Below, in pieces: positions 1 to 12,421 of a stretch of 52,051 bases of DNA. The translations under genes and the position numbers were made by a program. Origin of the DNA: Octopus sinensis (taxonomy: Eukaryota). The first letter of the stretch is position 1, and each line of letters opens with the position of its first letter. The stretch is from contig NW_021833986.1 of NCBI RefSeq assembly GCF_006345805.1, positions 1 through 52,051 on the forward strand. Direction: 5' to 3'. The notes under the pieces were generated by a model. That model saw nothing but the letters and a program-made list of their open reading frames with translations. It did no database searches and was not told the DNA's origin.

Positions 1-162
1 TATATATATATATATTATAATGAAAATGGTAATGCAATACGAGAGTATTGCTTTGCAGTAAAGGATAGCCCGTGAGGGTAAATTTATACATAAAAGTAAA
101 TAAATGGCACAACGGTACTTCGTGTGCCATTTATTTACTTATATATATATATATATATATTG

Positions 163-429
163 TTATATTTCGGAATGGTCATTTTGCCAGTTTAGCCAAT
201 AAAAACACACGCACTATATATTTGGTGTTACTTTGCTTCAATGTTATTTATTTTTTACATTAATCTTAATTTATTTCGGCCAGAGTTCTTTCGTCACACT
301 CCTGTGACCGCTTCAGTGGTCCTTTGTTTTCTTCTTTCTTATTTGTGTCTCTCCTTACTAACCGTCAGCCATTTTGTATTTCTATTGTATTATTGGCTAA
401 ACTGGCAAAATGACCATTCCGAAATATAA
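163..429 (-). mobile_element. Probable Penelope-like element terminus with 40-bp inverted repeat and degenerate hammerhead-like motif
   Basis: 163-202 (ttatatttcggaatggtcattttgccagtttagccaataa) is the exact reverse complement of 390-429. The minus strand at ~277-325 reads ggacca-CTGAAGCG-GTCAC aggagt GTGAC-GAAA-gaac-TC-tggcc, which is minimal-hammerhead order. PLE assignment is inference. Confidence 0.45.
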
Positions 430-489
430 AAATATCTGTTTCAACACACGACTTCACATAAAAAATCTTGCACAACAAATATATAAACG

Positions 490-521
<32 letters not shown>

Positions 522-624
522 GATGTAGATCCATCGACAATTGTGTAATTACCGTGGATGATGGCTGGTAGCCTTAAGCTGTGAACGTGCTTTATCGGTG
601 TGACACTAGCAACATACACAGCAC

Positions 625-637
625 TTAAGTATTAACT

Positions 638-690
<53 letters not shown>
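625..690. repeat. (TA)n microsatellite
   Basis: Near-pure TA run. Confidence 0.95.
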
Positions 691-691
<1 letters not shown>

Positions 692-692
<1 letters not shown>

Positions 693-930
693 GCGCCCTT
701 TTCAAGCCTAGCCAGGCTCAGGGGCCAGTCCATCGCAGCGTTACTCAAGAAACAGGAAGAAAGAGTGAGAGAAAATTGGAGCGAAAGAGTACAGCAGGGA
801 TCGGCACCACCCACCGCCGGAGGCTCGTGGAGATTTAGGTGTTTTTCTTTCAATAAACACACACAACGCCCGGTCTGGGATTCGAAACCGCGAGACCGCT
901 AACATAACAACTTGGCCATAGCGCCTCCAC
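692..930 (-). mobile_element. tRNA-derived SINE, head A + tail 2 (degraded)
   Basis: Reverse complement of head gtggaggcgc.atggcc...ttcgaatcccagaccgggcgttgtg plus tail ctgcgatggactgg...gaaaagggcg, shared with 28353-28629. Confidence 0.85.
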
Positions 931-2176
931 ATATATATATGTATACACACACACATATGTGCGCGTGTGAGTGAATTTGTGTGCGAGTGCATGTGCGTGT
1001 ATGTTTCTGCGCGCGTGTACGTTCTTGTGACTTTGAATTTCACAGGAATATGCAAGTGATTTTGTACGAAGAAGTCATAATTGGAGAATTGATCTTTTTA
1101 ATCCCTATCTTTGATTTCAGCAAAACATTTGTTTCACCTCAACGCCCTTTGAGATCCATCTATAGTTTGTAGAGAACCAGGGTAGCAAGATAGATATGCA
1201 GATGGTTAAAGGGTCGGGAGATATTTGGGGAATGGCGGACACTATTTGTGTTTATCAAATTTTACTCACAAAACACGGATGCTTAGTTTCAGTTCATTAT
1301 TCATCGGCATTGGGCTGCGCTGCAATATTAAAGCTGGAATCTCGGTAGTAGCAATTCCAACATTTTAACCGAATAACTGTGGAAGCATTTATATGAAGAA
1401 TTTTTTCAGATGAGAGCACTTTGTACATGATATTTGTATAGAAAAGCTCAATCATGGCATTTGGTATGTTTATTCTGTCAATGAAATTACTTATTGTTCT
1501 CATAATTTTAAAAGAAAAAGATAATATCCAGCTTCTAATAGAAGCACGTGGAGTGAATTGACAGGTATTACGTCATTACAAAGTTTAAGCTCCTAACAAC
1601 GGGAGCATATTTTATTGCATTTAAATATTATGGAATAGTAAAGATGCGTGTTTATATCAAAATAATACGTTTTAAAATAAATAAGTCCTAGCATACAAAT
1701 TTGAAAGATTATTCCTTAAGTGTTTCCAAAAAATTTCAGCATCAATGAAAAGTTCAACAGATATAAGTTTTTAAGACTTCATAGAAAAAAGAAATCTATA
1801 TATATTCAGAATTAAGGTGGTGAATTACAAAATAACGTTGGTAGCCTAGAAGTAATTTATTGCTCACACCCCAGCGTCCTTTTTAAAATGATAGATGATG
1901 GGAGAGAAATTTCGCTGCTGTTTCTAGCAGATGTAATGCCTGTATAGATGCATTTACTTTGAAATGGTATTTTTCAGGGAACTCATCTATAACGGCTGTG
2001 TATCGATTAACTCATGAAGAGTTGCTTGTGAATGTTAAACTGTTAGATATTGAGCTGAAAAAGATGGTCACTGATCGAGACTGATGAACAGCATCAAACA
2101 AACAAGTTAACAAAAATTACAAATTTGTAAAAAAATACCCTCCTTCTGAAATAGGTCTTTCTGACGTTTTATGTGA

Positions 2177-2477
2177 AGGCGCGTGGCTTAGAGTTTAGGG
2201 GTTTTTGGTTCTTGATGTTAAGGTTGTGAGTTTGATACAGTGCGGTGCGTTGTGTCTTTGTACAGGACAATTTATTTCCAGTTGCTCCAGTGCACTTATA
2301 CATGAAGGTGTAAGGGCCAGCCTTATCTCACTCCTTAGCAAGCTAAAGCTCCCTGAGAACTACGTTAAGGGCACGCGTGTCAGAGGAATGCTCAAATACT
2401 TGCAAGTTAATTTCACGTGCAGACTGTTCCGTTGATTGGATCGACTGGAAAACACGTCATTGTAAGCGACAGAATGC
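2177..2477 (+). mobile_element. tRNA-derived SINE, head B + tail 1
   Basis: ggcgcgtggcttag...gttgtgagtttgat A/B-box head, ttgtgtctttg..caagaca core, and tail ccgagaactacgttaagggcacgcgtg...ctgttccgttgat. Confidence 0.85.
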
Positions 2478-2867
2478 TAGTTTTTTTTTCCTTCTTTTAT
2501 TTCACATTCTTATTTTTCATGTTTCAAACAAATTAAGCGATCTCAAGTTCGCTACACTTCACTCTTCCCAAGACGTGTAAACTTATTCACATCTGCGAAA
2601 ATTATCATAACATTTCCTTTGTAAGACTAATACATATCGCATTCTTTCACATTACTATCGTATGTATAATTACTATTCTTACCTTTGTTCAACCTAGACT
2701 ACCAGTTTTGGCCCCCATTACTGTAATCCGTTTTAGTATACATTAGTACATTAACTGAATCTCTGGGGAGATCTCAAGCAAAAAACAATGAAAATCAACG
2801 GACAGGACTTCGTTGTAAATTTATCATTCTTAGTTATAACGTAGTAAATATTGATTTAAATTTTCGA

Positions 2868-3064
2868 ACAAGGCCAACAGGTTTGAGGGAATGAGTAAGT
2901 CGATTTCATCGACCCCAGGGTTTATCTGGTATATATATTTATCGACCACAAAAGGAGTAAAATGCAAAGGCGACTACATCGGAATTTTAATTCAGAACCT
3001 AAAGACGGACGAAATGCCGCTAAACATTTTGACCGGCATGCTAAAGAGTCTGCCAGCTCGCAGC
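2868..3064 (-). mobile_element. SINE family D, degraded
   Basis: Diverged match to D consensus (atcgacccc, ggaatttt.attcagaac, ctgccagctcgc). Confidence 0.75.
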
Positions 3065-3961
3065 AATAAATATTAATGGCATGGAAATTTTATCGTAAAA
3101 AATAAATACGTTCCGTTTCAAAATATCGTCGGCAAAAATCGTCACCTTGTCAAATTCTCAATGAAGCTTTTACAGACAGGGTAAATTGCTAAAGTTTATA
3201 TTCAGCGTTTATTTTCATAATAGAATCGTTGAATTTCTTTTCTGAAGAAAAAAGATATTCATGCGAAAAAAAAAAAGATGCCGCGTTACGATTTGGAAAT
3301 TGTTAGAAATCATGAAAGAGAAAATATCAAGGAATGTATAATCTATAAAGTATATCCAGCATAAAAATGCGGGAATCGCAAGAAGTGAAATAAAAATAAG
3401 TTAGCAAGATATCAACGCATATCAAAAGAGCGGAAAACTAGCGAATAAAATAGACATTTTATTCATTTATAAAATGTCTATCTTATTCTCTTATAATGAT
3501 TTTAACGATTTTTGCTTCCTCCCTCACAATAAAATAGTTCTATTTGTTTCTGTATTTTTTTTGTATTTCTATTCTATAAAGTGATATTATTTTGTGTTGT
3601 TTACCGTGTTTGTACTCATTAAAATAGACAATGAGCTTTCTCATATAATATATATGTGTGTGTGTTGTCAATGCAATGCTAAGCATTGACCTGCATGTAA
3701 ATATTTGCATTATTAATCGTGGCATTTATGATAGACAGAATTGTATGATGAAGTTTTATCGAGAAAGTGTTTAACGTGATGCTGAATGTATAAACGAGGT
3801 ATTTGGTTCGTGATCTCATTATTATGCCTATAGTTCCCATGTGATATGATTACGGACCAACTATTCACGATGAATTAATTACCCACAACGAATCCACTGG
3901 AGACTTGAATATGAATACCAATACACACAAAGCTATATTAAATAATAATAGGCGTATGTCC

Positions 3962-4033
<72 letters not shown>

Positions 4034-4535
4034 AAAGGAAATGGAGAAGAACAATTTAAAAGAAGCTTGGTTCGTTTTATTTGTATTACAATTGAAAAAG
4101 TAATGCAAATTAAAAGATGAAAAATACACCAATAAGATTATAAAATGAACCACCGCAACCAAAATAAATAACCCAAAATATCTGTTAAAAAAATGATATT
4201 CTACATACATATATTTTTCGATATAACAATATTTAAGAAACATCAATTATTATAACTTTTAAAGATGCAATAATCTGTATATTGTAAAGATCTCTTCAGA
4301 AAAAAAAATAAATAAATGTATTTTAGTTTTGAATTTCGAAATGAGTTATTTGAGAACAATGTTTGGATATTTTCAAATGTAAGCAAACTTAATTTAAAAG
4401 ACGCATAGTTCATGTGCTTAGAAATTTATCGTTTAAAATGTAGCTAATATTGAAAGGTTAAAATGCTACTAAAACATCAAATATATTTGTAAAGAAATTC
4501 ACGCTTACCTATCACATATACGGTATGATTTAAGA

Positions 4536-4861
4536 GGAGGCGCAATGGCCCAGTGGTTAGGGCAGCGGACTCGCGGTCGTAGAATCACGGTTTCGATTCC
4601 CAGACCGGGCGTTGTGAGTGTTTATTGAGCGAAAACACCTAAAGCTTCCACGCGGCTCCGGCAGGGGATGGTGGTGATCCCTGTTGTACTCTTTCACCAC
4701 AACTTTCTCTCACTCTTACTTCCTGCTTCTGTTGTACCTGTATTTCGCTGAATATCCCCGAGAACTACGTTAAGGGTACACGTGTCTGTGCAGTGCTCAG
4801 CCACTTACACGTTAATTTCACGATCGGGCTTAATTTCACGGAGTGCTTCCAAAAAAAACGG
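4536..4861 (+). mobile_element. tRNA-derived SINE, head A + tail 1
   Basis: ggaggcgcaatggcccagtggttagggcagcggactcgcggtcg...ggtttcgattccc head. Short direct repeat tttaaga at 4529-4535 and 4862-4868. Confidence 0.92.
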
Positions 4862-5686
4862 TTTAAGAAGAGTGGCCCCGGTGCGCGGACTCGAGTACTC
4901 GCGCATCCGCGCTAGCTAGTCGTGACTAGTCGATCCAACATCGACAACCTAGCGCGAGTGCGCGTATGCAAATTAATACATGGTTTTTGTTTTTAAACAA
5001 AATAATTTGTTACACAAGGTAAATAATTTTAATACAAAGTAAATAAAACACAATAACACAAAGTAAATAACATTGTTTTTAAAACAAAGTAAATAAATTA
5101 TTTTTTCTAAGCAAACTAAATAATTTTTTTATAAACAAAGGGATTAGTGAAAAAGATGTGACACCAAAGTACACCCATTTCAAGGTGAATCATAGCTTAA
5201 TCATTGACGAAAGGAAGAGATCGTTGCTGGGCTTTATAGGCTGCCGGGTTCGATCGTTTAATCTTTTTATTCGTTTTATTTTTTGCTTTGTTTTCTTATG
5301 CGTTTTAAAAACAAAAAAAGTTCTAGTCTAAGGTTAAATTAATCGTGTATAACATATATTTTAGTAAACTTTTAAATGATATACGAATTAATATAACATT
5401 TTTGTGTTTTGTTTGTCCTGTGTTGTCCCATTCTGCATAAGATCGTCCTGATCATAATAAAGATTCCATTTCAAGGTGAATCATTCCGAAAAATTTGTGA
5501 ATCCTATAACAAATATTCATGCAAATTCGGTTGAAGGTTATTAGAAGAACGTAAAACGATGTTTTAAGAGTATGATGGGGGTAGCAAAAACAGGTAGTGT
5601 GTTATTTTTATTTTAGTCATTGTAAAGAAGAAAATACTCAAGTTCAACCAAATAGTAAGAGTAAAGGTACCAGCATACATATATGT

Positions 5687-5913
5687 TTTTCTTTACTACC
5701 CACAAGGGGCTAAACACAGAGGAGGCAAACAAGGACAGACAAAGGTATTAAGTCGATTACATCGACTCCAGTGCATAACTGGTACTTAATTTATCGACCC
5801 CGAAAGGATGAAAGGCAAAGTCGACCTCGGCGGAATTTGAACTCGGAGCGCAACGACAGACGAAATACGGCTACGAATTTGGCCCGGCGTGCTAACATTT
5901 CTGCCAGCTCGCC
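5687..5913 (-). mobile_element. SINE family D
   Basis: Full reverse-complement match to D (ggcgagctggcagaa.gttagcacgccggg...gtgggtagtaaagaaa). Confidence 0.92.
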
Positions 5914-6386
5914 TTTTATTCTGCCAGCTCACCATCATATAATAATAATAGTCATCATATATGCAGAGGATATGAAGGCGATACGGACCGAAGAGGAAAA
6001 TTATAAGAGACTGCAAGAAATGGGTGGAGATAATATTGACCCAGCAGGAGTAAGAGTGGAATTCAAGGAATTGCCACGAGTAGTGGATTTAGTTGAAATC
6101 GAACCACTAATGAAATATTACTAAAAGGTAAATAAGTATGTAAAATCCCCAGGAAAAGAAAAAGGATAAAAAAAGGAAAAAGAAAGAGTAAGTGTTTTAT
6201 GTTATGTTTAATAACATCGGAAAATGGAACATTTTTAGAGGACATATAACGGTTCAAATAATTGTAATGGCAGACGATAATTAAGTGTTATGTAAATATA
6301 TGATAAAAACGGACAGTTTAAAAAGATTAATGGTAATGCATGTGATGAGGGGCGCATGCAGCCATTCATAACCTCATTGTTATATA

Positions 6387-6529
6387 TATTTCTTTACTAC
6401 CCACAAGGGGCTAAACATAGAGGAGACAAACAAGGACAGACAAAGGGATTAAGTCGATTATATCGACCCCAGTGCGAAACTGGTACTTTATTTATCGACC
6501 CCGAGAGGATGAAAGGCAAAGTCGACCTC
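6387..6529 (-). mobile_element. 5'-truncated SINE family D with 17-bp TSD
   Basis: aacctcattgttatata at 6370-6386 and 6530-6546 flanks the 3' two-thirds of D. Confidence 0.92.
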
Positions 6530-6971
6530 AACCTCATTGTTATATAATCATCTCATTCATATTCGTTCTATGTATTGTCCCCTCTGTGGTTTCCTTTCTG
6601 TGCTTGTTTGTCCCTCTCTATGTTTGGGCCCTTGTGGCTAATAAAGAAACAGAGCGTTAAATAATTGTTCGTTATCGATGTTATCGATATTGTTAATTAT
6701 TGCTGTTGTGGTGATTTTTTCCCATTGGGGGAAAAAAATGGAGAAAACGCCAGCATTCGGCCACAGTTATGCGACCGTAACTGGAAAAGGGGCTGAAGAT
6801 AAAACGTTGGAGACATTCGAAATCAAGGTCGAACCTAGAAAAATGAAAGCATGCGAAAAGTTGCTGGAGAAGGAGGGTGAGACGTTAAAGTTGACGCCAC
6901 ATGCAGAGCTGACAGACAGCATAACGAAGCGAACAGTCACGTAGAAAACTATGAGAATTGCAACAAGAAAG

Positions 6972-7002
<31 letters not shown>

Positions 7003-7150
7003 AAGAATCCACTAGAGTGGATGCAAGCGCTTATGTGATTTATAAAAGCATGCGACATATTAATAAAAATTTGTAAATATAAAACCATCCAGATTTCTGA
7101 GTACCTTATTTCTTCTAATATATAAAACCTGTACATCATCTCCAAACCTT

Positions 7151-7183
<33 letters not shown>

Positions 7184-8216
7184 GTTTGTATGTATATATT
7201 TATGTATATATAACCATCATTAAATATAAATGACGGTGATATAAACACCTACATTGATGCAGTCAGATCACTTAATTATATTCATACATGCTGCCAGAGA
7301 CCGTAATCGCCCGAAAAGGAACGGTCGAGATATTCCCGGACTGATCTGTCCGTTTCGGCTTCCGCCGTAGCCTCTTCAGTGGGATCGGCCCGACTCAGCT
7401 GATTCCGGGTGATGATCACTCTCAGCATGTAATCATACACCATGGATGATTTTAGCGTATCGATAACGTGTACGCAAATAATTTATTTAGGCAGCAGCAA
7501 GCAAATTTGTACCCACAAGTAGAACTATAACCATTATTAAATATAACTGAAGGTGCTATAAACGACTACATTGATAGAAATAGGAGCTAGACGTTCTAAT
7601 GCTGCAATCAAAGCACATAATTGTATACATACATGCTGACAGGCTCCGTAAGCGCTCGAAAAGCAGTGGTCGAGATGTTCCCAGACTTTGCGTATATAAA
7701 AACATGTTCCCGCGGAACAGCTTATGAAAGCGCTCGATAGATACACAAATATATTGAATTCAGATCTTAAATAAAGTTATAATTTCCGCACTAAAACAGT
7801 TCGGGGAATCTTCATATATAAACATAAGCGTAAAGTTAATGCTTTCACTTAAGTTGCATCTAGAAATGGGGAATTGTTAAATTTAAAGACACCATTCCTC
7901 TTATAACATCCCGTTTATTTTTTCCTTGTTAACATCTAACTTAACAAAAGACAACTGTCCAAAGTGTTGATTTCCATTTCTTTGCATTACAGAGCATAGA
8001 ATTTATCTGTTATCATTTATTTAATTTTAGTAATTTTATTTCCTATCTCCCTTCTGGATATTATTTATTCACATTCGGTTCAATGTTAGGAAATGTTGGA
8101 ATTAAGTGCTTTGAATTTTGTTTTTGCTTCTTTTGTTTATTTTCTTTAGTTTTTGCGCTTTCCCATTTTTGCCCGAGTTGCAGAGACATGATTTGGAAAT
8201 TTCTTGATCATCTCTT

Positions 8217-8248
8217 CTCATATATATATATTATATATATATATATAT

Positions 8249-8282
<34 letters not shown>

Positions 8283-8482
8283 GCATATATATATATATAT
8301 ATATATATGCATATATATATATATATATATATAATATATATATATGCATATATATATATATGTATATATATATTATATATATAATATATATATATATATA
8401 TATGTATGCATATATTATATATATGTATGCATATATATCTATATATATATATATGTATGCATATAATATATATATGTATGTA

Positions 8483-8522
<40 letters not shown>

Positions 8523-8623
8523 CATATATATATATTATATATATATATAATATATATATATAGTATGCATATATATATATATATATATATATATGCATAT
8601 ACATATATATATATATATATGTA

Positions 8624-8669
<46 letters not shown>

Positions 8670-8713
8670 CATATATATATATATATATGTATGCATATAT
8701 ATATATATATATA

Positions 8714-8751
<38 letters not shown>

Positions 8752-8922
8752 CATATATATATATATATATAATATGTATGCATATATATATATATATGCA
8801 TATATATACAGATGTATATATATATATATATATATATATGTAGATAGATAGATATGTATGTATAGATATATACAGATGTATATATTTATATGTATGTATA
8901 GATATATAGATATATACAGATG

Positions 8923-8954
<32 letters not shown>

Positions 8955-9075
8955 TGTATGTTTGTATCTGTGAGTGTGCATATATATTTATATATACATA
9001 TATATGTACACACCCACATATATATACATATACATATATATATATATGTGTGTGTGTTGTGTGTGTGTGTGTGTG
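8217..9075. repeat. ~860-bp compound microsatellite (TA)n/(TATG)n/(TGCA) ending in (TG)n
   Basis: Direct inspection. Source of the many YI-repeat pseudo-ORFs. Confidence 0.97.
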
Positions 9076-9755
9076 TACTTAAGTGCAATCACATATGTAC
9101 ATGTGTACACGTATTTTCACGTAAGTACACACACTTTCACTTACCCACACACACATCCCTATATTGATTTGTTTTTTTCTATGTAACATTGTGGAATAAA
9201 TCGCTGCTTTATATTTCATACGTACGCATATGAATTTATCGATTTCTTCGCTAAAACGTTTCAAGAATATACAAATTTATGTTCTTCGGGGAACAAATGT
9301 CTACATTTAAATTCTACAGTAAGAATTTAAAAGTATTTCATAAGCAAACTTAAATTCAGAATTACTTCAGCAGTTGGAGTGAAGTATACACATACGTTAA
9401 CCTCTTTTTAAGATAACAGTAAATCCGTGGCAGATCCGTGTACTTAACAAGGTTTTTCTTGCGTGATAACCGTACATATCACAAACCATAACAGGTATAA
9501 AACTAAGTGTAGTATTTTTCTATGGAAGAAAACTAGCTCTGCTTCATTATTAATCTCATGCTGTTAATTTAATATGCATGTGTTTGTTTTCTTTGCTATA
9601 TGGTACGGCTTGAATTATATGTATTTTTATGAGGGTACAAATGCTCACTGAAAATCTATGCTGAAATTATACCTTAATATATTTTCACGCACACACAAGC
9701 ACATAAAAAATATATTCAATCAATGACACATATTTGCTTATATATGTATTCCACC

Positions 9756-10045
9756 GTGGAGGCACAATGGCCGAGTGGTTAAATCCGCAGTCTCATAGTC
9801 GTTGGATCGTGGTTTCGATTCCCGGGCCGAGCGTTGTGTGTGTTTATTGAGCAAAAACACTTAAAGTTCCATAAGGCTCTGGCAGGGATTGGTGGCGATC
9901 CCTGCTGTACTCTTTCACCTGTTTCTGTTGTACCTGTATTTCAAAGGGCCAGCTTTCTTTCACTCTGTAACGCTGAATCTCCCCGAGAACGCCGTGGAGT
10001 ACTCAGCCACTTACATGTTAATTTCACGAGCAGGCTATTCCCTTC
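9756..10045 (+). mobile_element. tRNA-derived SINE, head A + tail 1 (diverged)
   Basis: gtggaggcacaatggccgagtggtt...ggtttcgattcccggg; tail atttcaaagggccagc...aatttcacgagcaggct. Confidence 0.88.
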
Positions 10046-10817
10046 ATCTGGAACCTACGTCGGCGATGTATTTAGACATTCAAGCGTTGCTTCGAGGTTT
10101 TAAAAAATCAATTTGCAATCACGTGTTTTACGGAACAACCGACTGCGTGTACCTCAGACTTGCATCTCCTACTATAACGCCACATCGACCCACAAACCGT
10201 ATGTGAATTTAGTACGTGTAACTGTGTGGAAGCCGCTCACACACACAGACACACACACATACACATGTATGTATGTGCGTATGCTAGTCTCTGCTTCCAC
10301 CCAGTCACTAATTGACAACAAGTGTTGGTGTATTTCGGCCCGTGTAAATTGAGAAGTTTCCAAAGTAAGAAAGAGACAAAGAAATAATAGAGTCAATTGG
10401 TCAGTTAAAATAATGAATGTCAAAGAATTAAATTACGAAACGAAACAGCAGCAGAGGTATTTTTACATGGAAAAAAATCAATTGAATGGAACTGGAAATA
10501 ATAAAATTTCAAATTAACCAAGCTGTCAAAGAGAGGGAACAAAAATAGAGGTGAGAAAAACCGGAAAAGAAAAAATGGCGAATTTACGATGTCTGTTTCT
10601 ATGCAGACATAGTGTACGAAGGAGATTTGGGATTGGAATACGCTGAAGGAATACGTATAAACTATTTGGGTTACGGTCAGAGAAAGTGAGAAGTGAGGAT
10701 GGAACTGACCCAACGTGTAAGAAAAAGAAGTGTAGAAGAGAGGCATGTCAGAGCTTTTATTTAGCTGGAGTTTTCACTTAGTAAAGGTGAAGAAATTTGA
10801 AAAAAAACATATCCAGA

Positions 10818-11712
10818 ATGACTACTTTTAGTACACACGACAAAGCCGACAACATTGATTTGATATTTGATAACGTTGTTAACAACAAAAAATAGCTTCA
10901 TATGTCCAAAGACGAAAAGATAAACCTACGTAGGCTCTCTCAGTATGTTGCACGGAGTGGTCCAATATATCGTCACTGAGCAGCGAGAGAGCGTAAGCAA
11001 TTCTGAAAATGAATACCGAGAAGTCTTGGCAATTCGCAATCCGAATTAATAGATAAGTATTATTTTAAGTATTCACATGAGCTGTGGAGATAGTGATACT
11101 CCCCGCTGCTTCAGAAGTCGTATTGATGTCGACAGAACAAGGGCTAAAACTTTCGAGAGGTTTTATTGGGAAAATGTGGGTAAAAGCACGAAAGAGTTCG
11201 TTTTGTCTGGTAGTAGATGTCGAAAAGTGAACCCTGTCTTCAAAATAAATATTGGAGAGCTTCATCTTGTTGCTGTGCCAAATGAAGTGATGGTTGAAAT
11301 TGGGGTCGATATCAACAACTTGCCGAAAACAAATGATGGTTACTATTGCATTGTTGATGCAATGGGGTAACAGTTCCAAATGTCCTGAGGCTCAACCATT
11401 GAGAGATCACACAGCGGAAAGTGTGGGTAAGTTTCTCCTATAGGATGTTATTTGTTGGCATGGCTGTGTCAAAATTAAGATAAATGACCAAGGAAGAGAA
11501 TTCGTAAACAGAGTGTCTGCGGAACTATATAAACCAACAGGAACAGAGCAGCATATAAATGCTTATCACCCTCAAGCAAACACCATGTAGCAACAGAATC
11601 GCAGTATAAAAAAATGCTTTTAGCAAATCCTTTGAGGACCGTGGCAACAGGGTTGAATGTTTACCAGGTGTTGTGTGTGCGTATCGAACAGCCAAAGACG
11701 CTTCAACACATT
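10818..11712 (+). pseudogene. Gypsy-type integrase relic without RT, Ginger/GIN-like transposase
   Basis: Translations across frameshifts: HMSCGDS...RFYWENVGKSTKEFVLSGSRCRK (HHCC-like zinc region), LHLVAVPNEVMVEIGVDINNLP (first catalytic D), NDQGREFVN (second D), AYHPQAN..QQNRSIK, and LPGVVCAYRTAKDASTHF. Stops and frameshifts present. Confidence 0.8.
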
Positions 11713-11719
11713 TCATTTG

Positions 11720-11826
11720 GTAGGCATGAGGCTATAGTAGAAGACACTCGCCCAAGATGTTACACACTGGGATTGAACCCGAGACCATGTGATTGGTAAG
11801 CAAGCTGCTTACTACAGAGCCACTGT
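11720..11826 (-). mobile_element. SINE family C, 5' head fragment
   Basis: gaggctatagtagaagacactcgcccaag...accatgtgattggtaagcaagctgcttac is the reverse complement of the C head. Confidence 0.8.
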
Positions 11827-12421
11827 AGTAAACTTATCAAAACAAATTTTTAGATGCAAGCATTGAAAGATTCGGTTGATATTTACAAATATACCCGCAC
11901 GGAAAAACCGACCGGCTTTTCTTTGTTTTTCTTTTTTCTTCAGGGTATGCCTGTGTGTTCGTAGACGGAGATTCCGAATATGCCGAAAACCATGTTTTCA
12001 AATTTTTTAATTCCTTGGCTCCACCACTAATTTTTAAATTTCAAATTTTCGAAATTTCTCTTTTTTCAATCTACGTGGAAAAATATGGAGATAAAGCATA
12101 GAGTAAAAAAAAAATTAATTGGAAATTTTCTATGAAAAATCTCCAAAATTGATTCGCACACCCTCCATCACCTCATTCCACTGCCTAAAAGGGAAAATGA
12201 ACGGTTGTAGATTCTGTTATAGGGAAACAGAAAAAGGATCACGGTTTGAATGTTTGTGTGCGAATGAACAGAGAAAGTACACAGACATATGTTTTACATA
12301 CCTGTCGTATACGTCAGTTTTGCTTTTCCCTTTAAAGATAAACTGTCATGATAGAAGCAACACGATATTCAATAATATGTTTGTGTTCATCTTTGAGAAA
12401 GAATAAACATTTTATGGGACT

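Noticed and set aside
4536-4610. tRNA-like sequences (also at 23365, 24732, 31231, 40936)
   Set aside because: A/B boxes are present, but there is no acceptor-stem 3' half and they run straight into SINE bodies with TSDs. These are SINE heads, not tRNA genes.
8204-9186. Long ORFs (up to 285 aa) rich in Y/I/M/C/H
   Set aside because: Translations of (TA)n/(TATG)n microsatellite. The same applies to 45849-47096, 47926-48733, 32134-32675, 35908-36636 and 36961-37325.
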